From assembly GCA_031292385.1 (NCBI GenBank), contig JARLHE010000028.1:76693-140692 (forward strand): a stretch of DNA of 64,000 bases. The letters are read 5' to 3'. The stretch is from Oligoflexia bacterium (GTDB lineage Bacteria; Bdellovibrionota; UBA1018). Below the pieces are notes generated by a model. The model was not told where the DNA came from. It made no database searches and worked only from the letters and a program-made list of their open reading frames with translations. How positions within the stretch are numbered: position 1 is the stretch's first letter; every line of letters starts with the position of its first letter. Shown here piece after piece: positions 38,212 to 49,606 of the stretch. The position numbers and the translations under genes are program-made.

Positions 38212-39024
38212 ATGTTTACCTGGAATTGTTTAACACAATATCGAAGGCTGACGGCCCAGATTTCCTCCTGGACCCTGATCACCGCGCTAGGCGTGGCTCT
38301 GGGCGGAGTGATGCTGAGCCTTCCCGCATCGGCGGAGATCAGCGATACTTCCGAGAACAGTATTCAAGAACTGAATGGCCGCGAAAAGCGGCTCTCCGAA
38401 GACTACGATCGGCTTTGTGACGATTTGCGCGGAACTTTGGCGAAAAACTTCCGCGACACGGTCTTCCGGCCTTTGGCCCGAAAGATAAAAACCTCAACCC
38501 CGAGTGCGACCCAACTGCAGGAAACCATTCAATGGAGAGGACATGATTATAAAATCGCCCTCTCTCAAACGCCCGGAAGCGATTCGATCGCGATGACGAC
38601 CTCTGCGGTTACCCAAAAAGCGCGGCAACTTGGAAAGCAAGAACCGGCGCAGGAAGAAAAATCCACGCAGCTTCGCGACATGATTGAAGAGCAGCTCAGC
38701 GAACGCTGCCAGCTCCATAACGACGCTCCCGACAGCATCTACGCGATGACCGAGGAGCCGAACACCAATACCGAGGTCCTCGACGAAATCCGGCTTGCGA
38801 AAGACCTCATGGGTCTTCAAAACACCGCAGCCGACACGCTTCACACGGCCAACGCCGGAAACCGCATGATCTCCAACAAGAGACATAAGGACATCGTCAT
38901 AGAACGGCCGACGGAAGACAGCACTCCGGCCGCTTCGGCCGCTCCGGTTGAAAGCGAGAGCAGCAACTCAGGCAACAGCTCAGGCGCCGCCGCTCCCACC
39001 ACCACCGGAAACAGTTTGCAATAG
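38212..39024 (+). CDS. Secreted Ser/Thr-rich hypothetical protein (signal peptide with RR in the n-region)
   Basis: The track ORF begins at 38167 (GTG). ATG 38212 gives MFTWNCLTQYRRLTAQISSWTLITALGVALGGVMLSLPASA|EI. Confidence 0.55.
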   Translation: MFTWNCLTQYRRLTAQISSWTLITALGVALGGVMLSLPASAEISDTSENSIQELNGREKRLSEDYDRLCDDLRGTLAKNFRDTVFRPLARKIKTSTPSATQLQETIQWRGHDYKIALSQTPGSDSIAMTTSAVTQKARQLGKQEPAQEEKSTQLRDMIEEQLSERCQLHNDAPDSIYAMTEEPNTNTEVLDEIRLAKDLMGLQNTAADTLHTANAGNRMISNKRHKDIVIERPTEDSTPAASAAPVESESSNSGNSSGAAAPTTTGNSLQ

Positions 39025-39027
39025 AGC

Positions 39028-39972
39028 TTAGACGCCCAGCTTATCCATCGCGTCGACCAGCTCCTTCACCGAAGCCGCTGATTTGTCGAACATCGCCTTC
39101 TCTTCCGCATTCAGCTCGAGGGTGGGCACGGCTTCCAGGCCCTTGGCGCCCAGCTTAGCGACCACGCCGCAGAAGAGCCCCTTCGTTCCGTACTCGCCGT
39201 TCAGGTAGACGGCGCAAGGAAGATAGCGCTTCTTATCGCGAACAATGGCTTCCGCCATCTGAACCGCGCTGGCCGACGGCGCATAGTAAGCCGAGCCGGT
39301 CTTCAGCAAGTTGACGATCTCGGCGCCGCCCTTGCGGGTGCGATCGACGATCGCGTCGATTTTCTCTTTGCTGAGAAGCTGCGTAAGCGGAATGCCGCCG
39401 ACGCTGACGTAACGGGGCATCGGAACCATCGTATCGCCGTGGCCGCCGAAGACGAAAGCCTGAACGTCCTCGACGCTTACGCCAAGCTCCATCGCGATGA
39501 ACGAACGGAAGCGAGCGCCGTCCAGAACGCCGGCCATGCCGAGCACCCGTTCGCGAGGAAAGCCCGAAGCCTTCATCGCCACGTGGCACATGGCATCGAG
39601 CGGATTGCTCACGATGATGAGCACCGCGTTCGGCGAATACTTCGCGGACTGAGCCGCGCAATCCTTCACGATTTTCGCGTTGGTCGAAAGCAAATCGTCA
39701 CGACTCATGCCGGGCTTGCGAGGAAGGCCCGCGGTAATGATCACGACATCCGAACCTTCGGTCAGCGCGTAATCCGAGCCGCCTTCGATACGGGAGTCGA
39801 AACCCTCGACCGGGGAAGCCTCGAACAAGTCGAGGGCCTTGCCCTTGGCCGCGTCGCCGTTGATGTCGATCAAAACCACATCGCCGAGCTCCTTCGACGC
39901 CGCCCAGTGCGCACAGGTTGAGCCGACAAAGCCGGCGCCGATGACGGAAATTTTAGGTCTTCTAGTTGCCAT
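39028..39972 (-). CDS. mdh: Malate dehydrogenase (LDH-like)
   Basis: [12 protein letters not shown] is a Rossmann motif; 314 aa. Confidence 0.9.
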   Translation of the reverse strand: MATRRPKISVIGAGFVGSTCAHWAASKELGDVVLIDINGDAAKGKALDLFEASPVEGFDSRIEGGSDYALTEGSDVVIITAGLPRKPGMSRDDLLSTNAKIVKDCAAQSAKYSPNAVLIIVSNPLDAMCHVAMKASGFPRERVLGMAGVLDGARFRSFIAMELGVSVEDVQAFVFGGHGDTMVPMPRYVSVGGIPLTQLLSKEKIDAIVDRTRKGGAEIVNLLKTGSAYYAPSASAVQMAEAIVRDKKRYLPCAVYLNGEYGTKGLFCGVVAKLGAKGLEAVPTLELNAEEKAMFDKSAASVKELVDAMDKLGV

Positions 39973-39990
39973 GAGAGTCTCTCCTTCGAG

Positions 39991-41313
<1,323 letters not shown>

Positions 41314-41371
41314 GGTGATCTCCTAATTGGCGTGAGATTTGATTTTTAGTCACCCTGGCCGACAAACGCAA

Positions 41372-42055
41372 CTAGCTTCGCCTGGATTCCCCCAAGAATC
41401 TGAAGACGCTCCGCATCGAACCGCCCTGCTCTTCTTGAAACCGCAGCGGCACCGTCACAAGCTCGTCGATATCCTTCGCATCATGACTGACCATCAGCAT
41501 AGGAACGGGCCAAGCAGCATGGGCTTCGCGCAAAATCTGGCGCAACTCGCCACGAATTTCCTCATCCAAGGAAGAGAACGGCTCATCGAGAAGCAAAACC
41601 CTGGGGCGCATCACCCAAGCTCGGGCGAAAGCGACTCGCTGGGCTTCGCCGCCGGAAAGCGTGGCGACTCGGGCGCGAGCGTGCTTCGAGAGACGGACGC
41701 GCTCCAGCCATTCCAATCCGGTTTTTTCGCGCTCGGCCCGCGGAACGCCCGCCATGCGGAGACCGAAAACCACGTTTTCCAAAACATTCATCGTCGGAAA
41801 GAGCGCCTGATCCTGAAAAACGAATCCAATCCGCCTGCGCTCGGCCGGCAAATTCGTGATGTCCTCCTTGCCCAGCCAAATACTCCCCGCGCCCGGAGGC
41901 TCGAGACCCGCGATTATGCGAAGCAAGGTGGTTTTCCCGATCCCGCTTCTTCCGAGGATCGCCGCGCGCTCTCCCGGCCCGACTTCGAAGTCGGCCGTCA
42001 AAACCCAATCGGCGATTGGCTTTCGCAAGCCTCGGACAAATAGAGTTTCAGTCAC
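41372..42055 (-). CDS. ABC transporter ATP-binding protein (short ThiQ-like, no C-terminal regulatory domain)
   Basis: Walker A GRSGIGKTT, the signature LSGGEAQR and Walker B LLLDEPFS; 227 aa. Confidence 0.8.
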   Translation of the reverse strand: MTETLFVRGLRKPIADWVLTADFEVGPGERAAILGRSGIGKTTLLRIIAGLEPPGAGSIWLGKEDITNLPAERRRIGFVFQDQALFPTMNVLENVVFGLRMAGVPRAEREKTGLEWLERVRLSKHARARVATLSGGEAQRVAFARAWVMRPRVLLLDEPFSSLDEEIRGELRQILREAHAAWPVPMLMVSHDAKDIDELVTVPLRFQEEQGGSMRSVFRFLGESRRS

Positions 42056-43655
42056 GCGCGCCCCTCCAATGAAACGAAATGAATACCGAAGCGACAGTCC
42101 CTGACGACAACACGAAAAGCAGCGCCGAAGCCGATTGCGCCGCCTCGAAGCGATATTGCGCCGACCATCGGACGATCAAAAGGGGCAACGGAACCAATTT
42201 CTCGCTGTAAAAAAGGCTGACGGCGGCGACCTCTCCGATGGAAGCCGCGGCCACGAGCGCGAAAGCGCCCGCGACGGACGAACGCCAACGCGGCCACTCG
42301 ATCTCAAAAAACGCCCGAGCCGGATCCGCTCCCAAAGTGGCGGCGGCCTCCAGGAGATTTCGCCGCGGCTCTTGGGCAAGCGGCCAGAAGATCCGAAACG
42401 CGACGTTAAAAAACAGCGCAAGCTGAATCGCGACGATCGCGGCGAAGCTTCCCTCGAACGGATCCACCCAGCGTCCGAACGCAAGCCAGAAGCCGAGCCC
42501 CAAAACCAGGGCCGAAATCCCGCCCGACAGGCTCGCCAGCGAAGCAAGCGCGGTCGTGACGGCCGGATGCAACCGGGGAGAGCTCAAGCTCATCACCGCG
42601 GCCAGGGCCGTCAGCACCACGAAAAACGCGCTCGTAACCGCGATTTTCACCGACACCGCGACCGCCGGCAGAACCTCTTTCGACCAAGGCACGATATCGA
42701 TCGATCGCCAAGACGCCGGAAAAATCGCGAGATAAGGAAGAAGGAAAACCGCCGCCGCGAAAAACGCGACTCCCGGAAGCCAAGATCGCGCGCCAAAAGA
42801 CCCGACTCCTCGCGCCCGCTCGCGCGCCGGGCGCGCGCCACGCCCCGGGTCGCGCGCCTGAAAAAAGAGAACCGCTGCCCAAGGCAAAAGAGTCACGAGA
42901 AGCTCCCACGCGGCACAGGCCGCCGCTCCGCCCACATCCAAGGTGCCGAAACGAAGCCGCGAGTAAACGGCGGTTTCCAAAGTCTGAACGGGAGGGCCGC
43001 CGCCTAAAATCAAAACCAACGCGAAGCTCATCACGCAGAATGAAAAGGCTTGGGTCGCCGCGGCGAAAAAAGACCATTTCACCGCCGGCCATTCCAAAAA
43101 CCGAAATCGCGAAAAGGCGGATGCGCCGAGCGTTAGAGCCGCCTCGAAGCGTCCCTCCGGGATGCGATCGCGCGCCTGTGCGACCCAAAGCGCGATCCAT
43201 GGGGCGTTAAAAAAAACATGGGCCGTAATCACGGCTTTGAGGCTATAGCTCCAATCCAGCGGAATCCCCAGGCGGGCAAGCCACCCGTTCCGGCCCAAGA
43301 TCAAAACCCAGGAGCTCGCGGCCACCGCCGTGGGAACCGAGAACGGAATCGCCAGAAGCATTTCATTGAAAAAAAATGCGCGCGCGCTCCGCGCTCCGGC
43401 CGCCGCCCCGCCCGCCGCTATGAGCAAGCCCAACGGCAACCCGATAACCGCCGCGATCATCGCGCTCGCCCCCGCCTGGGTCACCGTCACGCGAACCAGG
43501 GAAAGAATATCGGGGTCAAAAAGCGTTCCGCCATGAAGCCGGGAAAATAGCGCCGACACAGGCGCACCCACGCAAACCGCGCCAAAGAACAAGGTCCAAA
43601 TCGTCGCCACCCATCTGAATCCGGACGTCAAACTCATTGAACCGTTCGCGTCCAT
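42048..43655 (-). CDS. ABC transporter permease, fused two-domain (ThiP/FbpB-like)
   Basis: 535 aa with 12 predicted TM segments. It overlaps the ATPase gene. Confidence 0.8.
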   Translation of the reverse strand: MDANGSMSLTSGFRWVATIWTLFFGAVCVGAPVSALFSRLHGGTLFDPDILSLVRVTVTQAGASAMIAAVIGLPLGLLIAAGGAAAGARSARAFFFNEMLLAIPFSVPTAVAASSWVLILGRNGWLARLGIPLDWSYSLKAVITAHVFFNAPWIALWVAQARDRIPEGRFEAALTLGASAFSRFRFLEWPAVKWSFFAAATQAFSFCVMSFALVLILGGGPPVQTLETAVYSRLRFGTLDVGGAAACAAWELLVTLLPWAAVLFFQARDPGRGARPARERARGVGSFGARSWLPGVAFFAAAVFLLPYLAIFPASWRSIDIVPWSKEVLPAVAVSVKIAVTSAFFVVLTALAAVMSLSSPRLHPAVTTALASLASLSGGISALVLGLGFWLAFGRWVDPFEGSFAAIVAIQLALFFNVAFRIFWPLAQEPRRNLLEAAATLGADPARAFFEIEWPRWRSSVAGAFALVAAASIGEVAAVSLFYSEKLVPLPLLIVRWSAQYRFEAAQSASALLFVLSSGTVASVFISFHWRGARD

Positions 43656-44665
43656 TGATTTAAAGATGCTTTGATTTTTTCCGGATCGGCCTCCAACCGG
43701 ATCACGCGCGCGGGCTTGGGAACGCCCTCGAAACTCGCCGGAAGCGCGACGCCCTTGCGCGCGGGATACATCCAGTTTCGGGTCGGGAGCAAGGCTTGCA
43801 CTTCTTTTGAAAGCAAGAATTCAAGAAAGCTTTGAGCCAAAGCTCGCTGGCGCGCTCCCTCCGGGCCATTAAAAGAATTCTTCACCAGAGCGGCCGCTTC
43901 GACCTGAATCGGCTGCCCCTCCTCAAAGATCACGGCTTGGTACCGGCCCGAGCGATCGCCATGCTCCTGATGATAAGCCTGGCTGGTCGTATAGCTCCAA
44001 ACCAGTGGGGCTTCCGCTTTGAGAAACAACCCGTAAGCACCGTCCCAGCCGGGAGCGAGCGTAAGCCACTGAGCGCGAAGCTTGGACCAATCGGCGCCCA
44101 AAGTATCCGCGTACAAAGCGAAAGCAAGCCCCGGCGTCGAGGTTCGCGGATCTTCAAGAATCAGATTTCGCCGCCACTCGGGCCGAAGCAAATCGGAAAA
44201 ACGCGCGGGCAGCTTGAGATTTTGCCGTTTGAGCTGATCCCGATCCGCCATGAAAGCGAAGTAGCCAAAATCATAGGGAACAAAACCGGCCGGAAGCCCC
44301 GCCGCCTTAACTTCGGGCGCGAGTTCCTCCCTTCCCGATCCGCCCACCGAAGAATCGATGTAACCGCGTGCGCGCTGCGCGGCCGGACCATCGAGACCGA
44401 TCACGATCTGGGCTCCGGATTTGCCGCGTTCGGCATCGAGAGCCAAACGCGAGATCAGCTGGCTTCCGTCTCCAGACGCCAGAAGCCGCACTTGGCAGCC
44501 GCATTTTTTTTCAAACTTGGGAATGATCTCGGGACCGAGCCCCCCTGGAGCAGCAAAACTGTCGTAAGCGTAGATCGTTAATAAAACGGGGGAAGCGAGA
44601 GAGGCCCGAACTCCCCAGCCTGCGACCGACAACAGCGCAAGAACAGCGGCAAGCCAAGGCCTCAT
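43634..44665 (-). CDS. ABC transporter periplasmic substrate-binding protein (ThiB/FbpA-like)
   Basis: The signal peptide MRPWLAAVLALLSVAGWGVRA is followed by an SBP fold. The start is M25 of the track ORF. Confidence 0.75.
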   Translation of the reverse strand: MRPWLAAVLALLSVAGWGVRASLASPVLLTIYAYDSFAAPGGLGPEIIPKFEKKCGCQVRLLASGDGSQLISRLALDAERGKSGAQIVIGLDGPAAQRARGYIDSSVGGSGREELAPEVKAAGLPAGFVPYDFGYFAFMADRDQLKRQNLKLPARFSDLLRPEWRRNLILEDPRTSTPGLAFALYADTLGADWSKLRAQWLTLAPGWDGAYGLFLKAEAPLVWSYTTSQAYHQEHGDRSGRYQAVIFEEGQPIQVEAAALVKNSFNGPEGARQRALAQSFLEFLLSKEVQALLPTRNWMYPARKGVALPASFEGVPKPARVIRLEADPEKIKASLNQWTRTVQ

Positions 44666-44675
44666 ATGATCAGTT

Positions 44676-45074
44676 TTAAACGGTCGGATCGGGATGGTCG
44701 GCGCCTTTGTCCGAGTCCGGGCTCGTCGAGCCCGCATCGCCTCCGCGAGATTCGCGACTAGGCTTCAATAAACGAACCTTCGTATTGGCCCGCTCGTCCG
44801 CATCGGTCTCGAAGCGCCAGAGAATCTCGCAATTCTGAAGATGAGTGGTCGTCTCTTCCTGATTCGATTTGATGTGAATGATGCCGTTCGCATACAGGGT
44901 CACGTCGGCGTTGTCGACGTAAGTCCCCTCTTCCCCCGGGTAGAAAAAAATGACTCTCATCGCATGGCCTTGCTTTAAAATCCCGTTCGCCATATCGCCG
45001 CCGCCGTGTTTCATCTTTTTCAAAAATCTGCCGACCTTTTTGACCATCATCCGTCTTCTAATGCCTTTTCTCAC
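44676..45074 (-). CDS. Hypothetical beta-rich protein, possibly PilZ-like
   Basis: An RRR...GGGDMANG stretch weakly resembles the PilZ RxxxR/DxSxGG motifs. The start is uncertain (GTG 45074 or ATG 45050). Confidence 0.4.
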   Translation of the reverse strand: MRKGIRRRMMVKKVGRFLKKMKHGGGDMANGILKQGHAMRVIFFYPGEEGTYVDNADVTLYANGIIHIKSNQEETTTHLQNCEILWRFETDADERANTKVRLLKPSRESRGGDAGSTSPDSDKGADHPDPTV

Positions 45075-45118
45075 AAAAAGACATGACTATTGAGCATCAA
45101 AGGCGATAAAAAGGGGCC

Positions 45119-46054
45119 GTGAAACCTGAATTCGACCCTATATTTGACGAAATCAATCAGATCAAAAAAGCTAAAAACGCCGTGATCTTAGCTCATTATT
45201 ATCAAGAGCCGGAGATTCAAGATATTGCCGACTTCGTGGGTGACAGCCTGGAGCTTGCACGAGCGGCCCAAAACACGAAGGCCGACCTGATTCTTTTCGC
45301 GGGCGTCCATTTCATGGCCGAAGGCGCCAAGATTCTCAATCCGACCCGCAAAGTCATCATGCCCGATCTGCGTGCCGGCTGCTCCTTGTCGGATAGCTGC
45401 CCGCCGGAGGCGTTTGCCAAGCTTCGGGCCAAGCACCCCGACCACTTTGTCGTTTCCTACATCAACTGCTCCGCCGCGATCAAAGCGCAGAGCGACGTGA
45501 TCTGCACCAGCTCGAACGCCGTGAAAATCGTGAGCCGCATCCCCAAAGATCGCGGCGTCATTTTCGCCCCCGACCGAAACCTCGGCGCTTATGTCGCCAA
45601 GCAAACCGGCCGTGACATGGTTCTTTGGCAAGGGACCTGTATCGTGCACGAGACTTTCTCGGAGCGAAAGATCGCCCAGCTGCGGCTCGAACACCCGGAT
45701 GCCGAGCTCATCGCCCATCCCGAGTGCGAGCCCTCGCTGCTCGCGAAATCCGATTTCATCGGCAGCACCTCGGCTCTTCTCAAGCACGTCATCGAGAGCC
45801 CGAAAGCGAAATTCATCATCGCCACCGAAGCCGGAATCCTGCATCAGATGAAGTTGAAAGCCCCCGGCAAAACGCTGATCGCGGCTCCGCCCAACCACGA
45901 GTGCAACTGCAACGATTGCCCTTTCATGAAATTGAACACGCTTGAAAAAGTTTTGCTCGCGCTGAAAAACGAGACCCCGGAAGTCGACGTGCCCGCGCCG
46001 CTCCGGGAAAAGGCCCTGGCGCCTCTCGAAAAAATGCTGCAATGGTCGGTCTAG
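45119..46054 (+). CDS. nadA: Quinolinate synthase A
   Basis: A GTG start with an aaaaagggg RBS; AHYYQ...VHFMAE...NCSA...IAHPEC; 311 aa. Confidence 0.9.
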   Translation: MKPEFDPIFDEINQIKKAKNAVILAHYYQEPEIQDIADFVGDSLELARAAQNTKADLILFAGVHFMAEGAKILNPTRKVIMPDLRAGCSLSDSCPPEAFAKLRAKHPDHFVVSYINCSAAIKAQSDVICTSSNAVKIVSRIPKDRGVIFAPDRNLGAYVAKQTGRDMVLWQGTCIVHETFSERKIAQLRLEHPDAELIAHPECEPSLLAKSDFIGSTSALLKHVIESPKAKFIIATEAGILHQMKLKAPGKTLIAAPPNHECNCNDCPFMKLNTLEKVLLALKNETPEVDVPAPLREKALAPLEKMLQWSV

Positions 46055-46101
46055 CCATTACGCCCTTGGCAGGCCAGCTCCCTCATGCGATCTTCATAAA
46101 T

Positions 46102-46356
46102 ATGGTAACCGAAGAAGAAATGAAGGCAGAACTAGAACGGCTCCGCGCGGAGAACCAAGCGCTCAAGAAGACGACGTCCAAAGGACTCAGTCTGAAAGTC
46201 AGCGAAAAGGGCGCTCTATCCATTTACGGAATGGGTCGCTTTCCGGTGACCCTCTACAAGGAGCAATGGCTCAAGCTTCTCGACATGGCCGACGACATTC
46301 GCTCGTTCATTCAAGCGAATGACGCACAACTCAAGACCAAAGCCGACCGCCAATAA
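46102..46356 (+). CDS. Small hypothetical coiled-coil protein (84 aa)
   Basis: The in-frame ATG at M21 of track ORF 46042..46356 gives MVTEEEMKAELERLRAENQALKK. Confidence 0.4.
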   Translation: MVTEEEMKAELERLRAENQALKKTTSKGLSLKVSEKGALSIYGMGRFPVTLYKEQWLKLLDMADDIRSFIQANDAQLKTKADRQ

Positions 46357-46403
46357 CCCCGGAACGCCGATTGCAGCGATGGCCATCTCAAGGAGACTTT
46401 GAA

Positions 46404-46643
46404 ATGGCTAACCCATCTACTTCCGCCGAAAAAAAGATCGAAGCGGCAAATCGCGAGGCCCAACGCGAGGCACTCGAGCTCATGGAAGGCGCGTCGGAAA
46501 GAGCGAACGAGCTGTATGCGCGCGCGAACTCCTGGTTCAACGAGAACCGCCGGACTGTTTACAGCGGCGCCGCTCTCCTCGCCGTCGGCGCGATCGGCTT
46601 TCTCATCGGTAAAAACTTCTTCGGCCAGCACTCGAACGAGTAG
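46404..46643 (+). CDS. DUF883 (YqjD/ElaB-like) C-tail-anchored membrane protein
   Basis: aaggaga RBS. An N-terminal coiled coil is followed by the C-terminal TM GAALLAVGAIGFLIG, the YqjD/ElaB architecture. Confidence 0.6.
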   Translation: MANPSTSAEKKIEAANREAQREALELMEGASERANELYARANSWFNENRRTVYSGAALLAVGAIGFLIGKNFFGQHSNE

Positions 46644-46650
46644 GCAACGA

Positions 46651-46983
46651 GTGGGCCTCAGGAATCCGCTCCCCCCTCTTCGCAAGGCGACGGATGCGGC
46701 CGCGAACATCATCTTTCTGGAGCGCGATCTTTACGTTCTGAAAGCCGAGCTTCGAGCCGCGAGGCAAATGCGAAAGGTAGCCCTTTTGGCCGCGAGCGTG
46801 GTCAGCTTCGGCATCGCGCTCGGCCTCTCTTTGTTTTGGCTCACCCAAACGCTGCACGAAGCAGGCTGGTCTTCGGGATTTCTCGCGATCGCGTCATTCG
46901 TGATTTTGAATTGCCTCACCGGATTTCTTTTTGCGTTGGCATTCGCCCCCGAAAGACCGGATACCGAAGGACGGCCACCATGA
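46651..46983 (+). CDS. Small inner-membrane protein, YqjE (DUF1469)-like
   Basis: A GTG start in the frame of track ORF 46399..46983. There are two TM helices; it follows the DUF883 gene, as in the E. coli yqjD-yqjE-yqjK order. Confidence 0.45.
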   Translation: MGLRNPLPPLRKATDAAANIIFLERDLYVLKAELRAARQMRKVALLAASVVSFGIALGLSLFWLTQTLHEAGWSSGFLAIASFVILNCLTGFLFALAFAPERPDTEGRPP

Positions 46984-47198
46984 AACTTCTCTATTTCGTG
47001 CGACCCGCGAGCGAGGCCAAGCGCCAAGAGCTCGAGCGAAAGCTGAAAATCGAGAAACAGCGCCTGCTTGAAGCGACAAAGGAGGCCAAAGCGGCCTTTC
47101 TCCAGGATTTACCGGTCATCGAAACGGCGATCGCCGCGATGATCGGCGGAATCGTCGTCGGAATGCTCTGGAAGGCGCGGCGAGAACGCGTCAATTGA
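46980..47198 (+). CDS. Small membrane protein, YqjK-like
   Basis: The ATG overlaps the preceding stop (ATGA). It has a coiled coil plus a C-terminal TM. Confidence 0.4.
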   Translation: MKLLYFVRPASEAKRQELERKLKIEKQRLLEATKEAKAAFLQDLPVIETAIAAMIGGIVVGMLWKARRERVN

Positions 47199-47233
47199 CG
47201 AAGCCCGCGTCTTGGGACAAATTCAATCGCAAT

Positions 47234-47962
47234 ATGAGCCCGGGAGCCCAGACAAAGACCTTACCCGATCACTTAGCGAAGCGCGCGGCAACGGGGCTCC
47301 ACGCCGGCGAGCCGGTCGCGCAGTTTGAAATCGGATCTCTCAAAAATTTCGTATATCTGATCGTCGATTGGAAGGACCGATCCGTCTGGATCGTCGATCC
47401 CCAGCCCGACCTCACCCCTTTGCGGACGGCGATCAAGGTCCACTCGCTCGAGCCCCGAGGGATTCTGCTCACCCATACCCATCACGACCACGTTGGCGGC
47501 GTACCGGCCCTGGTCGACGAATTTCCCGGAATCCGGATTTACGTGGGCGAGCGCGACTTGCACCGACTCAGGCGCGAAGCGATCAAAAACGCCAGCGTCC
47601 GCCCGCTCAAACAAGACGAAAAGATCACTCTCGGAACCTCCCTGACTTTGCAGGCGCTTTTGACCCCCGGTCATAGCGCGGGCGAAGTCTGCTATTTTCT
47701 GGCCGCGACCCACGGCCATCCTCCCTACCTGCTCACGGGCGACACCGTTTTTATCCGCGACTGCGGGCGCACCGATTTCCCGGACGGAAGCAACGAGGAA
47801 ATGTTCACCTCCCTGCAACGCATTCGCGCACTGCCGCCGGAAACCGTCATCCTGCCTGGCCATCACTATCAACCTGAATGCGCCTCGACCCTGGAGCGCG
47901 AACTTCGGGAAAGTCCTCCGTTTCGGTGCCGTACCGTCGCGGAGCTCGCGTCTTTGCCATGA
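47234..47962 (+). CDS. MBL-fold metallo-hydrolase (glyoxalase II-like)
   Basis: The metal-binding motif THTHHDHVGG, plus GHSAGE and GHH. The track start at 47195 is TTG; ATG 47234 is preferred. Confidence 0.75.
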   Translation: MSPGAQTKTLPDHLAKRAATGLHAGEPVAQFEIGSLKNFVYLIVDWKDRSVWIVDPQPDLTPLRTAIKVHSLEPRGILLTHTHHDHVGGVPALVDEFPGIRIYVGERDLHRLRREAIKNASVRPLKQDEKITLGTSLTLQALLTPGHSAGEVCYFLAATHGHPPYLLTGDTVFIRDCGRTDFPDGSNEEMFTSLQRIRALPPETVILPGHHYQPECASTLERELRESPPFRCRTVAELASLP

Positions 47963-48561
47963 AAATCGCCATTCCGCTATCGATTGGCGTGCACGGAGCC
48001 GTGTTTTTCGCGCTGCTATTTGCGCTGCGAAAACACGAAGCTCCCACGGCGGGAACCGCCACGACCGCCTCCGAAAAAACTTTTTACAGCGTCACGGACA
48101 GTCATCAAGCGGCCCAGCCCCCGGCTCGCGCCACTCACCGGACGAAAGCGCCAACCGAGATCGCGCCGCCCGCTAACGCAAGCCCGAGCTCGAACTCGAA
48201 ATCAGAATTTGGCGCGGGATCAGCCCCCTCCGCGGCGGCTCCCGCCGACAGCGCCGCGAAAGGCGGCTCGAGCGAAAATATTTCTTACTTCTTACGCGTC
48301 CGCGAGCGCATCCAAAAAAACCTGAAGTACCCGCGAGAGCTCCGCGAGCGCCGGATTCAGGGGCAGGTGAAAATCGAAATTGCCATCGCTCCCTCCGGCG
48401 CGCTTCAGTCAATCAACGTCATCGAAAGCAGCGGACACCCCGAGCTGGACCGAATCGCCGTTCATTCAGCCAATTCCGCGGCCCCCTACGAAACGTTTCC
48501 ATCCACAGAAAAGGCGCGATCGCTCCGCGTTCCAATCGATTTTACCCTCCATTTCAATTAA
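47959..48561 (+). CDS. TonB C-terminal domain protein (energy transducer TonB family)
   Basis: The ATG overlaps the MBL stop (ATGA). An N-terminal TM and Pro/Ala/Ser-rich linker are followed by a TonB C-terminal domain (YPRELRERRIQGQVKIEIAIAPSG...PIDF). Confidence 0.65.
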   Translation: MKIAIPLSIGVHGAVFFALLFALRKHEAPTAGTATTASEKTFYSVTDSHQAAQPPARATHRTKAPTEIAPPANASPSSNSKSEFGAGSAPSAAAPADSAAKGGSSENISYFLRVRERIQKNLKYPRELRERRIQGQVKIEIAIAPSGALQSINVIESSGHPELDRIAVHSANSAAPYETFPSTEKARSLRVPIDFTLHFN

Positions 48562-48773
48562 CTCTCCCTCGCCTTCCGATAAAGGGCGGCCCTGAAAGAG
48601 TGAGGGGTTCTTGCGCCAGGATGGCGAAGCCCGAGCGCATGCGAGGGCGCAAGAAAGGCCCATGGATGGGCCGCCCCCGACACCTCTTTCTGGGCCACCC
48701 GCCCGGCAATTAATTCCTATCGAGTTCCTCCCGCCCCTTCCGAAAAGAAAGACGGGCAAGGAGGCCCATCCAA

Positions 48774-49580
48774 ATGCGAACTCATCTGAACGCGCCCATG
48801 GCGTTGCTGGGATCGTCCCTCGTCATCGGCGCCTTTGCGTCGAGTGGATGTTTTATTCAGAACAAAATCGTTTATCCGGCCCCGGCCGACACGGTGAGCG
48901 GATTGTACGCCACTCAGCCAGTCTCCGTGGTTTATTCGGAAACCCTGAGGAACACGCTCTCGCAGCAAGACGGAAGCGTCAGCGCGCTGCCGGATCTCGT
49001 CGCGAACATCTTCACGAATCCGGTAGCCATCGGCCTCAGCGCTCCCGGCTCGAACTCCGGCTACCTCGCTTCGCCATACCCCTCCAGCTCGGGTACCGGC
49101 AATCTCGAGATCCCCATCACTTACAGCGCGATCGCCAAATCCATTTCCGCGAGCGCGACGCCCGGTAGCGCCACCGACGCTTGGGGAACTGATTCGTCTT
49201 GCCTGCTTCAAACTTTCATCACGATCACGGGGAATTTGGACCCGCTCGGCACGACTGCCTCCACGATTTCCATTCAAGGGGCTTCGGTATCGCTCAACGG
49301 ACGCTTCTCCGGCAAGGTGACCGTCAGCCTGCTGATCGCCGACATGACCGACGCGCTGACCTGTGCCACCGCTCTCCAGAAAATCAGCGCGTGCTATGGC
49401 AATCTGACCGATTGCGATTCCACCAGCGGCAGCGCGGTCGATAACCAAACCATCCAGGCGGGCTATCAGGCTTATTTCGGCCCATGGGTGGATGCTCAAG
49501 TCCTGACCGCCGCGGAGATCGCCCAACTCACCCCCGACCTCGAAAACGGCAGCTTAAGCTACGAAATCCAGTACCAGTAA
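48774..49580 (+). CDS. Lipoprotein, Ser/Thr/Gly-rich (hypothetical)
   Basis: Signal peptide plus lipobox (AFASSGC); 268 aa. Confidence 0.55.
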   Translation: MRTHLNAPMALLGSSLVIGAFASSGCFIQNKIVYPAPADTVSGLYATQPVSVVYSETLRNTLSQQDGSVSALPDLVANIFTNPVAIGLSAPGSNSGYLASPYPSSSGTGNLEIPITYSAIAKSISASATPGSATDAWGTDSSCLLQTFITITGNLDPLGTTASTISIQGASVSLNGRFSGKVTVSLLIADMTDALTCATALQKISACYGNLTDCDSTSGSAVDNQTIQAGYQAYFGPWVDAQVLTAAEIAQLTPDLENGSLSYEIQYQ

Positions 49581-49606
49581 GCACCCGCCTCTGCTAAACT
49601 GCGGCC

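Noticed and set aside
44660-45120. Looked for a TPP riboswitch (THI-box CUGAGA core) upstream of the ThiB-like SBP gene.
   Set aside because: No tctcag/ctgaga core or matching consensus is visible on either strand. The region is instead occupied by a coding ORF.
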